Source: Candidatus Woesearchaeota archaeon
GTDB lineage: Archaea > Nanobdellota > Nanobdellia > Woesearchaeales > 0-14-0-80-44-23
DNA: 64,000 nucleotides
Reading direction: 5' to 3'
Assembly: GCA_038874135.1 (NCBI GenBank)
Contig: JAVZCZ010000001.1
Location: 32,001-96,000 of the forward strand
Made by a program: the position numbers and the translations under genes
The notes under the pieces: model-generated
The model's database searches: none
The model's input: the letters and a program-made list of their open reading frames with translations, nothing else
What the model was told of the DNA's origin: nothing
Shown here: positions 19,926 through 29,186 of the stretch, in pieces
Numbering within the stretch: the first letter of the stretch is position 1
Layout: the number at the start of each line of letters is the position of its first letter

Positions 19926-20684
19926 ATGCTCTTGCTGAGTTCCGGAAGGGAGAGTGCAGAAGCTCTCGGGAAGTGTCTCATAATCAGGAGTGGCGGTTCA
20001 AAGGCATTAGTACTTTCAGACCTTCACATAGGATATGAGGAGTCATTCTCTGAAAGGGGAGCGATGGTTCAGAGGTTCCAACTAGAAGATTTCAAGACGG
20101 AGCTCTCAGAAGTTTTTAAGAGGACCGGCAGGCCTAAGCTTACAATTATTGCAGGCGACTTGAAGCACGAGTTTGGAAGAATATCCAGGCAGGAGTGGCG
20201 GGAATCCTTAGAAGTGCTGGATTTCCTATCAGCACATTCGGAGAGGGTTGTGCTGGTACGGGGTAACCATGACAATGTTTTGGGCCCTATAGCTTCTAGG
20301 AAGGACCTCGGCGTTGTTGAAGAGTTCAAGCTGGGCGGCTTTTTGATAATTCACGGGCATAAAATTCCCATGTCAGAATCTCTTAGAAGAATTCACACCA
20401 TAATTATTGGGCACGAGCATCCTGCCATCACGATTAGCGACGGAGTGCGCTCAGAGCCGTTTAAGTGCTTCCTGGTTGGGAGGACTGGAAGGTTCAACCT
20501 GATTGTTCTGCCATCCTTCTCGCAAATCTATGAGGGAACAGATGTTAGAGGGGCAAGCTTTCTGAGTCCCATGCTTAAGAATTCCGATTTGGGGAGCTTT
20601 CGCGTTGTTGCCTGCGGCCCTTCCCTGTCCAATTACGATTTTGGAAGGCTGTCCAGGCTTGAAGCAATCTTTGGAAATGAGTAA
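19926..20684 (+). CDS. Calcineurin-like metallophosphoesterase (COG1407/PdeM-like)
   Basis: SDLHIG, GDLKH, RGNHD, HGH, GHEHP and LPSF motifs. Confidence 0.9.
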   Translation: MLLLSSGRESAEALGKCLIIRSGGSKALVLSDLHIGYEESFSERGAMVQRFQLEDFKTELSEVFKRTGRPKLTIIAGDLKHEFGRISRQEWRESLEVLDFLSAHSERVVLVRGNHDNVLGPIASRKDLGVVEEFKLGGFLIIHGHKIPMSESLRRIHTIIIGHEHPAITISDGVRSEPFKCFLVGRTGRFNLIVLPSFSQIYEGTDVRGASFLSPMLKNSDLGSFRVVACGPSLSNYDFGRLSRLEAIFGNE

Positions 20685-20766
20685 CTGAACATGCTGTGAG
20701 GATTCAAAACTTTTTTTAATTAGAATTTTGTTTCCCATCTTTGAAAAATGATTTTGGCGATTTCCG

Positions 20767-21447
20767 ATGGAGCAAAAACTTAATGATTCAGATGCAAATG
20801 AGAATGCAATGTTTTCAATGTCTTTTCAGTTTGGAGAGGAAATAAGCCGCGGGGCTGAAGCAGTACTATACAGGAGAGGAGACTCTGTAATTAAGTTTAG
20901 ACATAAGAAGGGTTACAGGATTTCTGAAATTGATTCTGAGCTAAGGACTTCCAGAACGAGAAGGGAAGTCAGGATAATGCGCAAGGTTTCTAAACTTGGC
21001 ATTCCCTCTCCGAGGATAATCTCAGAGGACGAACAGCAATGCTTCTTTGAGATGGAATTTATTGAAGGAGAAAAACTGAGGGATATACTTAAAAAGGATA
21101 ACTATTTAGAATTCTGCACCCAGCTTGGAAGGATAATAGCAGGACTGCACTCTGCGGACATAATCCACAACGACCTTACCACTTCTAACATGATAATCAG
21201 GAGCGGAAAGCTTCACATAATTGACTTTGGACTCTCCTTCCATTCTAAGAGGGTAGAGGACAAGGCAGTTGACCTTCACCTATTAAGACAGGCCCTTGAG
21301 AGTAAGCATCAGGAGCTCTGGGAGGAAGCCTACTCTGCAGTTCTTGAATCCTACAAGAAGCACTATTCAGATGCTGAGAGTGTTCTGAAACGATTGGAAG
21401 TTGTTGAGGGAAGGGGCCGCTATAAGAAGAAGGGTGGCAGGCGCTAA
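20767..21447 (+). CDS. bud32: KEOPS complex kinase/ATPase Bud32
   Basis: GAEA, HNDLTTSNM, IDFGL, EDKAVDL and RGRY motifs. Confidence 0.95.
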   Translation: MEQKLNDSDANENAMFSMSFQFGEEISRGAEAVLYRRGDSVIKFRHKKGYRISEIDSELRTSRTRREVRIMRKVSKLGIPSPRIISEDEQQCFFEMEFIEGEKLRDILKKDNYLEFCTQLGRIIAGLHSADIIHNDLTTSNMIIRSGKLHIIDFGLSFHSKRVEDKAVDLHLLRQALESKHQELWEEAYSAVLESYKKHYSDAESVLKRLEVVEGRGRYKKKGGRR

Positions 21448-21572
21448 AATTTTAGTTCAAAAAGATAGAAGTTAAATAATTAATCAGCTTCTTGTTCAGA
21501 ATAAAATTTTAAGTAAAAATTTTAAGTAATAGAATTGAGTAGGAAAAATGTATTGGGCAAAATAAGCTTGTT

Positions 21573-21767
21573 TCAGTGTTTTAGTCCTGAGAGCCCGCGC
21601 TTTCCCGGCTTCTGCCAGCTGTATTTTCTAATCTTCTTGCTGGCTCCGAAGCCGCAGTGAGCGCATATCTTCGTGGTTATGTCCATGGATATTCTGCCGC
21701 ACCTTCTGCATCTTATGTGGTTCTTCTTGCCGGACCTTTTTCCATGGCTCGCAGTTCCTTTAACCAT
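21573..21767 (-). CDS. rpl37e: 50S ribosomal protein eL37
   Basis: [30 protein letters not shown]. Confidence 0.96.
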   Translation of the reverse strand: MVKGTASHGKRSGKKNHIRCRRCGRISMDITTKICAHCGFGASKKIRKYSWQKPGKRGLSGLKH

Positions 21768-21804
21768 CTAAGCATACCTCTTATTTTTTGCAAATGTTCC
21801 GGTT

Positions 21805-22041
21805 TTACTCTGGGGATATTGTTGTGATGGTGTCCCCTCTCAGGAATATGACTCCCATCTTTTTTGTTATCTCGCCGTTAACCCTTTCTTCTGCTTCTTC
21901 CAGAACTGTATTGATGTGAATGTCAAATGCTGAGAGCTTTCCAACATACTGCTTGCCATTCTTCAGCTCAACTATTACTCTCTTGTTGCGTGCCTTGTTC
22001 AACGCATCTAAAGGTCTTGAATTTTCCATTTTCGATTTCAC
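21805..22041 (-). CDS. Sm-like (LSm/SmAP1) RNA-binding protein
   Basis: RPLDAL, GKLSAFDIHIN and FLRGD; conserved linkage to eL37. Confidence 0.95.
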   Translation of the reverse strand: MKSKMENSRPLDALNKARNKRVIVELKNGKQYVGKLSAFDIHINTVLEEAEERVNGEITKKMGVIFLRGDTITTISPE

Positions 22042-22223
22042 CCCGAAACAAAAAACTAATTATGAAGCGTGGAAAACAACCCATATTTAAATCTTTGCTT
22101 CTAATTCTTAGATTTTCACTTCCTTATTTTATTTGGCAACTGGGGCTTGCATCATCCCGGGAGATGCGGCTGAAGAGCAAAATATTTAAAAAAACACTCA
22201 CACGAATACTTATAAATACAATA

Positions 22224-22271
22224 CAAACAATACAATATTATATAATTCAAACAATACAATATTATATAATT
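22224..22271. repeat. Perfect 2 x 24-bp tandem direct repeat
   Basis: CAAACAATACAATATTATATAATT at 22224-22247 and 22248-22271. Confidence 0.9.
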
Positions 22272-22322
22272 TAGATGCTAAGAAACTGGGCATATACAGT
22301 TTTTAGCTTTGGAGGCGAAATC

Positions 22323-23213
22323 ATGTTCGGGAAAAAGCAGCAGGATTTTGAGCCGAAAAGGCCTAAGGAGTCAATCTCTTCCAGGGCTGGAAGGAATCCT
22401 TTCTTGCGGTTCATACTAACATTTCTTAAGAGCTGGAATCCAGATGCTTATTCCAAGCTTGGAAGCAAACCAATTCGGGAATCTTTAGGATACTTTTTTG
22501 TCCTGCTGGCAGTTTCAATACTTGTCGGGTTTTCTTTTTTCATTCCAAAGCTCCTTTCCAGCTCAGGTCCTATTGAGGGCTTTCTCTCACAGTTTTCAGC
22601 ACTTTCAATTCAGGCATCTGCACAGAATCCGGCAGATTTTAACTTCGGAATAAGGTTTAGGATGAGCACTGCGCCTAAGTCACAACCTTCTAATGTTGGC
22701 TTGAATGTTTCAAACTCTTCTCAGAAGCAATCTGATTATCTTGAAGGATCAGACCTTGTGCTTTCTCCCAGCGGGCTCTACGCTAAAAGGCTTTCCTGCC
22801 TCATCTTTAGTCCTTCCTGCTTTTTCGGCAATGCTCCAGTCAAGATTGGCGGGGAAGGATTTTTTGATGTTTTAAAGTATAAAGCTGAATATGCCCGGAT
22901 TATGAAGTTGGCAATTCTGCTCATGCTTCCTTCAATTTTTATAGTTTTGTTTGCAGGGCTCTCAGTAAAGTTTTTGGCGCTTTCTCTGATTGCTTCCATG
23001 TTGTTATATTTAATCTTCAAATTTTTGAAGCACAACCTCTCTTTCAGGGCAGTTCTATCATCTTCCATCTATGCACTAACCCCGCTGGTCGTTTTGAATG
23101 TGCTTAACATATTTCTCAGCTTTCTTTCAGGATGGTTGGAATTAATTCCGTATCTCCTGTATGCGGTTCTTCTTATAAGCGGCCTGCTTATGCGAGAGGA
23201 GGATGTGTTTTGA
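22323..23213 (+). CDS. Multi-pass membrane protein (DUF1189-like)
   Basis: GGAGG RBS before MFGKK; one N-terminal and several C-terminal TM helices; SIYALTP motif. Confidence 0.7.
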   Translation: MFGKKQQDFEPKRPKESISSRAGRNPFLRFILTFLKSWNPDAYSKLGSKPIRESLGYFFVLLAVSILVGFSFFIPKLLSSSGPIEGFLSQFSALSIQASAQNPADFNFGIRFRMSTAPKSQPSNVGLNVSNSSQKQSDYLEGSDLVLSPSGLYAKRLSCLIFSPSCFFGNAPVKIGGEGFFDVLKYKAEYARIMKLAILLMLPSIFIVLFAGLSVKFLALSLIASMLLYLIFKFLKHNLSFRAVLSSSIYALTPLVVLNVLNIFLSFLSGWLELIPYLLYAVLLISGLLMREEDVF

Positions 23214-23599
23214 GGCAGCATTATAACTGGCTTCTCGCATTAAGCTTTGCTTTGCTACTTATTATGTGCGTGTGGCTAATTATCGGTTCTAAGATTACTG
23301 GGATGAGCATTTCTGAATACTTTGTTTCAGAGGGAGAATACGCTTCGGTAGGCATCTTGATTTGCGGGCTGCTGATTGCTCTCATCCTTGCGGTTAGAGA
23401 AAGCGCGTTGGAGGGAATTATTGATTCAGAGCCGCCGTTTAACTTGTGGACTCCCAAATTTGAATTGAGCCGAAATAGGGTGGAACGCTCAAATCACACT
23501 ATAAGAAGTCAGCATGGGAAGAACAAGCACTCTCACACCACTCTTAAACTTCAAGAATCAGAGAGTGTTATAGAGAGGGAGTTTCAGGAGAAGCGTTAG
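23210..23599 (+). CDS. Small membrane protein (two TM helices)
   Basis: TTG start overlapping the upstream stop, after GAGGAGG; hydrophobic segments plus a GM/SI pattern. Confidence 0.55.
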   Translation: MRQHYNWLLALSFALLLIMCVWLIIGSKITGMSISEYFVSEGEYASVGILICGLLIALILAVRESALEGIIDSEPPFNLWTPKFELSRNRVERSNHTIRSQHGKNKHSHTTLKLQESESVIEREFQEKR

Positions 23600-23604
23600 C
23601 CTTT

Positions 23605-24972
23605 TTACCCGGTTGCGTATATCCTGTCCACTTCTTTTAATCTTTTTTCAACATTTTTATAGAATTCCTCACTGGGTATGCCGCTGTAACCGAACAGAAG
23701 CCCTTTCTGAGGTTTTCCTGTTTTTATAAAGTTTATATGCGCTTCTATTGCGCTTATGTTTTCTTCTTGTACTTGGAGAAACCTTCGCTGTGAGCAGTCT
23801 GCAATGTTTTCTGCTGAATTTGCTATTGCTCTTATGAAACCAAGAATTTCATCTTCACTTAAAAGGTTTGGCATTAATCCTAATATGTTATTCGCAAGTT
23901 TTTCATCCATCCCTCCAGGATATATTGTTGGCACATACTTGTCAAGCGTGTCTATTGCGTCTATGAGATAAACACCAATTGCAGCGTCCATTCCATATTT
24001 GATTCCTGCAATTATTACTGCCAAGTCATCTGATACTCCCTTTCCGACCAGGTGCCTGACATAGCCGCTCCTTAGCATTGGAGTGCTCTCAACAGGTTTA
24101 TCTAATATTATTCCTAATTCGTTAAGCCTTTCAATATAATCTTCAAGGTAATTTGATGAGAGGAACTCTAATGTTAGTGATTTCTCCCCGTAGGGGCAGT
24201 AGAACCTCTTGCCAACCTTGCCTACAACTTCTTCTAATGGAGTGTTGCGCATTTTCTCATAATTTATCGGGAGACATTCGCCCCCGCCCATCTCAATCTC
24301 ATAAGGAGTGAACTTGTACCTCTGCATAACTCTTTTTCTTAGCTGAATGTTGTCCATTAAGCCTCCAAGGCAGATTCCCTTCAAAAATGCCACTAGATCC
24401 TTTACCACATAACCTTTTAGGAAGTTAGCTCCCATAAGCGGCTCTCTCTGAGAATTCACAAGTTCTAAACCCGTTTGTTGCTTAGAATACATTTCCCCGC
24501 TCCCTACCATTTTAATAAGGACGACTGCATTTTCTGCTGTGCTGTAAATCTCGTTTATCAGGTCTTCTCTCTTCTTTTTTATTTTCTCCTTATCAATGCC
24601 ATAGTAGCTTGCGAGCGCTTCAACCACATCTTCCATGCTGGCGTTTAGAAATATGTTGGTTGGTCCTTTATTGCTGCTGAAAAGTCCGTGCCCCTTTCTT
24701 GCGTGCCCTTCTACTGTTTGCATTAGTAATAAATCTTTGACTTCATCAGAAGTGCACAGCGTTATGTTTTCCCTGCAGTTTTCATAATCTCTTACTACTA
24801 CCTTGTTGAAGAAGGGGTTGGAAGTCGTATTGGTGTTGACATAATATTTAAGTCCAGAATTTGATTTTCTGAGCGTCACATAGGTTTCTTTGGGAATTAT
24901 GCTTGATATTCGTTTTGTTATCTTCTTCATGGATATCGCTCCATGCTCGCCTATTGCGACGCTCTTATTCAC
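23605..24972 (-). CDS. Hypothetical protein (455 aa)
   Basis: Long ORF with globular composition and no recognised motif. Confidence 0.7.
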   Translation of the reverse strand: MNKSVAIGEHGAISMKKITKRISSIIPKETYVTLRKSNSGLKYYVNTNTTSNPFFNKVVVRDYENCRENITLCTSDEVKDLLLMQTVEGHARKGHGLFSSNKGPTNIFLNASMEDVVEALASYYGIDKEKIKKKREDLINEIYSTAENAVVLIKMVGSGEMYSKQQTGLELVNSQREPLMGANFLKGYVVKDLVAFLKGICLGGLMDNIQLRKRVMQRYKFTPYEIEMGGGECLPINYEKMRNTPLEEVVGKVGKRFYCPYGEKSLTLEFLSSNYLEDYIERLNELGIILDKPVESTPMLRSGYVRHLVGKGVSDDLAVIIAGIKYGMDAAIGVYLIDAIDTLDKYVPTIYPGGMDEKLANNILGLMPNLLSEDEILGFIRAIANSAENIADCSQRRFLQVQEENISAIEAHINFIKTGKPQKGLLFGYSGIPSEEFYKNVEKRLKEVDRIYATG

Positions 24973-25147
24973 TGCAATCTATTTCTCGCCCTGCATTTGC
25001 TCCCGACGAGCACTTATTTAAAAATATATACAAATATTTAAACTTTTTGTTTATATTCACTATTATTAAGTTACTATCTTGTTGGCAAATTTTTTGGATA
25101 AAACTTTTAAACAAGCACATTCTAAGTTCTTCAAGGGGTGATACTGC

Positions 25148-25942
25148 TTGAAGGGTTCTCTTCACAAGATAGGAATAATCGGCGGCACTGTCACAATTGA
25201 TGAGTCAATGCTCAAAAATATAAGAAAAATCAAAGTAAGAACGCCATACGGAAGCCCTTCATCTCCAATACTCAGAGGCAAACTTGGAGAGAAAGAGGTT
25301 TTCATACTTAGAAGGCACGGGGAGAAGCACACAATAAATCCAAGCATGGTGAACTACAGGGCAAACCTGTGGGCGTTTAAGAAGCTGGGGGTAGCACAGG
25401 TAATAGGCGTCAATGCAGTTGGCTCGCTCTCAGAAGAATACATGCCTGGAGACATGGTTTTTCCAGACCAGTTTATAGATCTCACAAAATTTAGAAAGAA
25501 CACATTCTACGATGGAAAGAAAGTTTGTCACATCTCATCTGCAGATCCATTCTGCCCAGAACTTAGGAAGGTGCTCATAGGCTCAGCCTCAAAATTGAAG
25601 CTTCCACATCACGAAGCCGGAACCTGCGTAGTGATAGAAGGTCCTAGATTTTCAACGAGAGCGGAGTCAGGTGTTTTCAGAAGTTGGAACGCTCACATAA
25701 TCAACATGACAATGTTTCCTGAAGTAATTCTTGCCAGGGAGCTGGAGCTGTGCTATGCTAACATTTCAATGGTGACTGACTACGATGTATGGCGGGATCA
25801 TCCAGTGTCTAATGAGGAAGTAGTTCAGACGATGAAGAAAAACGCTGAAAAGGTCAGGAGACTGCTGCTTGAAGCAATTCCTAAGATTCCGAGAGAAAGA
25901 TTGTGCGCCTGTAAGAACGCTCTGAAAGGCGCGATGTTTTAA
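25148..25942 (+). CDS. mtnP: S-methyl-5'-thioadenosine phosphorylase
   Basis: IGIIGGT, RHG..H, VNYRAN, EGPRFSTRAES and VTDYD motifs. Confidence 0.95.
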   Translation: MKGSLHKIGIIGGTVTIDESMLKNIRKIKVRTPYGSPSSPILRGKLGEKEVFILRRHGEKHTINPSMVNYRANLWAFKKLGVAQVIGVNAVGSLSEEYMPGDMVFPDQFIDLTKFRKNTFYDGKKVCHISSADPFCPELRKVLIGSASKLKLPHHEAGTCVVIEGPRFSTRAESGVFRSWNAHIINMTMFPEVILARELELCYANISMVTDYDVWRDHPVSNEEVVQTMKKNAEKVRRLLLEAIPKIPRERLCACKNALKGAMF

Positions 25943-25957
25943 AAAAGAGGTGAAAGT

Positions 25958-26488
25958 GTGAAAAATAGTGAAATTAAGGTTTTGATTAGGAGTATTCCAG
26001 ACTTTCCCAAGCAGGGAATACTCTTCAGGGATATAACACCAGTGCTTAAAAATCCTGAAGCCTTCAGAAGCGTAATTTCAAAACTTGCATCTCACGCCAA
26101 GAAGCAGGGAGCAACTGCAATAGTTAGTGCAGAGTCCCGCGGCTTCATACTGGGAGCAGCTCTCGCATACAAGCTTAAGCTTCCATTCATGCCTCTGAGA
26201 AAGCCTGGGAAGCTCCCATACAAGACGATAAGACAGGACTTCACCACAGAATACAGCACTGACGCTTTTGAAATCCACGAGGACGCCCTTTCAAGCAAAG
26301 ACAGGGCATACATTGTTGATGATGTCTTGGCAACTGGCGGCACTGTGAATGCAGCAATAGCACTTTGCAAGAAGCTTGGAGCAGAGGTCTCAGGCATAGG
26401 CTTTCTCATTGAACTGAAATCACTGAACGGCAGAAAAAACCTTGGGGAATATGCAAAGAAGGTGAAGAGCATAATAAAATATAAATAG
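25958..26488 (+). CDS. apt: Adenine phosphoribosyltransferase
   Basis: PDFPKQGILFRDITP, ESRGF, RKPGKLP and VDDVLATGGT motifs. Confidence 0.96.
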   Translation: MKNSEIKVLIRSIPDFPKQGILFRDITPVLKNPEAFRSVISKLASHAKKQGATAIVSAESRGFILGAALAYKLKLPFMPLRKPGKLPYKTIRQDFTTEYSTDAFEIHEDALSSKDRAYIVDDVLATGGTVNAAIALCKKLGAEVSGIGFLIELKSLNGRKNLGEYAKKVKSIIKYK

Positions 26489-26546
26489 TCATAATCAAAA
26501 TGAAGATAAGCTAAAAATTTAAGTTTTTACTGTGTGAGGTGAAAAA

Positions 26547-27227
26547 ATGGGAAGAACTTTAAAAGTTTTTGTGGTTTTGGCAATTCTGGCTTTGTTGAGT
26601 GTTTCCGTGCTTGGGAAGATGGGAGATTCTCCTTCGGGTATTGGCGCACAGCAGCCGGGATCTCAGCAGTTAGTAAATTCTTCTGAAAGGGTTGAAGCGC
26701 AGGTTGAGGTCAAGAATTCTGGAGAGAACTCTCAAATCAGGACTGAGGAGCAGACGCAGCTTGAAAATCCCGGTGTTGGGGCTCAGATTTCAAATCAGGA
26801 AAGGGAAACCGTTAAAATTGCAGTGAGCAATAACAAGATTGAGTTGAGCTCAGGAAACTCCACTGCTAAGACCTCCATGATAGTTAGGCGTGAAAAAACT
26901 GCTGCAGGTGAGGTTTTGAGAGTTAATCTTAGTAATGGAAGAAATGCAGAGATAAAGGTTATGCCCGACGTTGCATCTGAGAGGGCTCTTGAGAGGTTGA
27001 GACTTAAGGTCTGTTCTGCTGAGAACAACTGCACCATAGAGCTTAAAGAGGTTGGCTCTGGAAATAGGACTATAGCTGCTTATGAGGTGCAGGTTGAGAG
27101 GCACGCAAGGATACTCGGAATATTCCAAGCGAAGGTTCAGGAGAAGGTTCAGGTGGATGCTGAAAACGGCGAGGTTGTTAAGGTTCAGAAGCCTTGGTGG
27201 TCCTTCCTGGCTTTCGGTTCTGCGTGA
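26547..27227 (+). CDS. Secreted hypothetical protein with PepSY-like C-terminus
   Basis: Signal peptide, Q/E/N-rich linker and C-terminal VDAENGEVVKVQKPWWSFLA. Confidence 0.75.
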   Translation: MGRTLKVFVVLAILALLSVSVLGKMGDSPSGIGAQQPGSQQLVNSSERVEAQVEVKNSGENSQIRTEEQTQLENPGVGAQISNQERETVKIAVSNNKIELSSGNSTAKTSMIVRREKTAAGEVLRVNLSNGRNAEIKVMPDVASERALERLRLKVCSAENNCTIELKEVGSGNRTIAAYEVQVERHARILGIFQAKVQEKVQVDAENGEVVKVQKPWWSFLAFGSA

Positions 27228-27246
27228 GCCATTTATTTACTTTTCT

Positions 27247-29040
27247 TTACTTTTCTTCGCTTTCACACTTTTTTTCTTCTTCTCTTACCCGCTTTAGTTC
27301 CTGTTTGAACATTTCAATTACTTCTGATGTTGTAGTTGCTTCTTCTGCACTCTTGTTTTCTCTGAAGTTTTGAAATCTTGGAAATCTAACTGCCAAGCCC
27401 CTTCCCAGCTCTTCCCTGGCGCAAGTGTGCACTGGACTCCTCGTTATCTCTGCACCTACCACTTCCACTACGACTTTCGGCTCAAACCACTGGTCCGCTT
27501 CCATTTCTGAGAGCACGCGAGCCGGCTTCTTCGGCACTTTCAGATTCTTGAACTTCTTTGGAAGCTCTTCTAAGATTTCGTCAGTGAGCCCTGCTCCCAG
27601 CTTGCATATCGTTTCAAATCTATCCCTTTTTTCATTGTATGTTGCGCATAGCAGCGCTCCGTAAGTGCCAGCCCTTTTGCCCTGGCCTGCAAATCCTCCC
27701 ACTACTACTAAGTCCAGAGTGTCTTGCATCCTGTTCATATAATCTTTCTTCCACTTTATCCAGAGCCATTCTCTGGCTCCTGCTCTATACACTGATTCTG
27801 GAGAACAGGACTTTGCTATTATGCCTTCGCATCCCCTCTCTATTGCTGAGAAGAAGAACTCTTCAATTCTGTCAGGGTTGTCAGTTACTATCCTGCGCGC
27901 AAGCTTTACTCTCTCAGATTCTTTTAGTACGCCTTCCAGGGCTTTTCTCCTTTCAGGGTAGGGACTTTTTAGGTAGCTCCTTCCGTTCAGGTATAGTAGA
28001 TCAAATGCGAAGAGGCATACTGGGACTTCCTTTGCGTATTTTTCAATTTCGTATTTTCTCTTTCTCTGCATCACGGTTTGGAATGGGAGCAGCTTTCCTT
28101 CCCGATCAACTGCAACGCCTTCCCCCTCTATTATGAACTCTTCTGACTTTATGCTTTTCTTCACACTTTCCACTACATCTGGGTATTGTTCAGTTATGTT
28201 TTCCAGCCTTCTTGAGTATATTACTATTGAATTTCCACTTCTGTGTATCTGCATCCTCTCTCCGTCATACTTCTCCTCTGCAGCCAGCTCTCCAGGGATC
28301 TTTTCCTGTATCAGCTCCAGTGTTTCTGCCCTCTGAGCAAGCATCATCTTAACAGGCCTTCCCACCTTTATGCCTATCTTTTTTATTCCGCTCAGCCCTT
28401 CTGCAGCTATTGTTCTTGCTATTAGTCCTATATCGTTTGATAGGTTGTAGGCTTCTTCAATCTCGCCTTTCGCCTCTTTGCTTCCTGTAAATGCTATTGC
28501 TAAGGCATCCAGTATGCTCATTGCTGCAATTCCAAGCCGCATTGTACCTAGGCATAATCTCACTATGTATTTTGCCTCTTCCCCGTCTGAGTGCTGAAGA
28601 AGTTCTGCAATTATTGACAGTTTTCTCTCCTGGCTTCCTTCTCCTCTTGTTTCAGCAATCTTTCTCAGAGTGTTGAATACATCCCTTACAGATAGCTCTC
28701 TTGTTTCTGTCTTGAAGAAAGAGCTGAGCCTGTTTTCTTTTTTAAGCGAGAGCTGTTGGGCTACTACGCCGAGGTCTCCTTTTTCTTTGAAGAGTGCTGA
28801 GACCTTTTTTTCAGGCTGGGCTGTTGCCATGGCTATTGCTTTTAGCACCATCCGCTCTGCCAAGCCCAGCTCAGGCATCTTGTACTCTGCATCTATCGTG
28901 CCTAGGCACAGGTATGCTACTATGTCTATTTCGTCTTTTGGGCAGTTCTTAAAAAGCTCTGCTAGTATCCTTCTTATCTCGTTTCCTGAGGATGTCTTCT
29001 CTAATTCTTCATAGATGCTGACTAGCTGTTTGAACTTCAT
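27247..29040 (-). CDS. lig: ATP-dependent DNA ligase
   Basis: EKYDGER, EGIIAK, WIKWK, DLVVVG and RFPRF motifs. Confidence 0.97.
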   Translation of the reverse strand: MKFKQLVSIYEELEKTSSGNEIRRILAELFKNCPKDEIDIVAYLCLGTIDAEYKMPELGLAERMVLKAIAMATAQPEKKVSALFKEKGDLGVVAQQLSLKKENRLSSFFKTETRELSVRDVFNTLRKIAETRGEGSQERKLSIIAELLQHSDGEEAKYIVRLCLGTMRLGIAAMSILDALAIAFTGSKEAKGEIEEAYNLSNDIGLIARTIAAEGLSGIKKIGIKVGRPVKMMLAQRAETLELIQEKIPGELAAEEKYDGERMQIHRSGNSIVIYSRRLENITEQYPDVVESVKKSIKSEEFIIEGEGVAVDREGKLLPFQTVMQRKRKYEIEKYAKEVPVCLFAFDLLYLNGRSYLKSPYPERRKALEGVLKESERVKLARRIVTDNPDRIEEFFFSAIERGCEGIIAKSCSPESVYRAGAREWLWIKWKKDYMNRMQDTLDLVVVGGFAGQGKRAGTYGALLCATYNEKRDRFETICKLGAGLTDEILEELPKKFKNLKVPKKPARVLSEMEADQWFEPKVVVEVVGAEITRSPVHTCAREELGRGLAVRFPRFQNFRENKSAEEATTTSEVIEMFKQELKRVREEEKKCESEEK

Positions 29041-29186
29041 AACGCTTCAACCGATTAAACATTTCAAACTATTTAAACCTTTTTCAAGGTTTTTCTCCTA
29101 TGATGCGGGAAAACTTTTTTATATGAGTGTTTAATCAATACTAAATCAAAACTTTTTATATGAATACTGATTTGTAGGGGCGATTT

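Noticed and set aside
19926-20684. Mre11
   Set aside because: Too short, and the GDLKH/GHEHP motifs match COG1407 phosphoesterases rather than Mre11.
22224-22271. CRISPR array
   Set aside because: Only two abutting copies, with no spacer and no cas genes.
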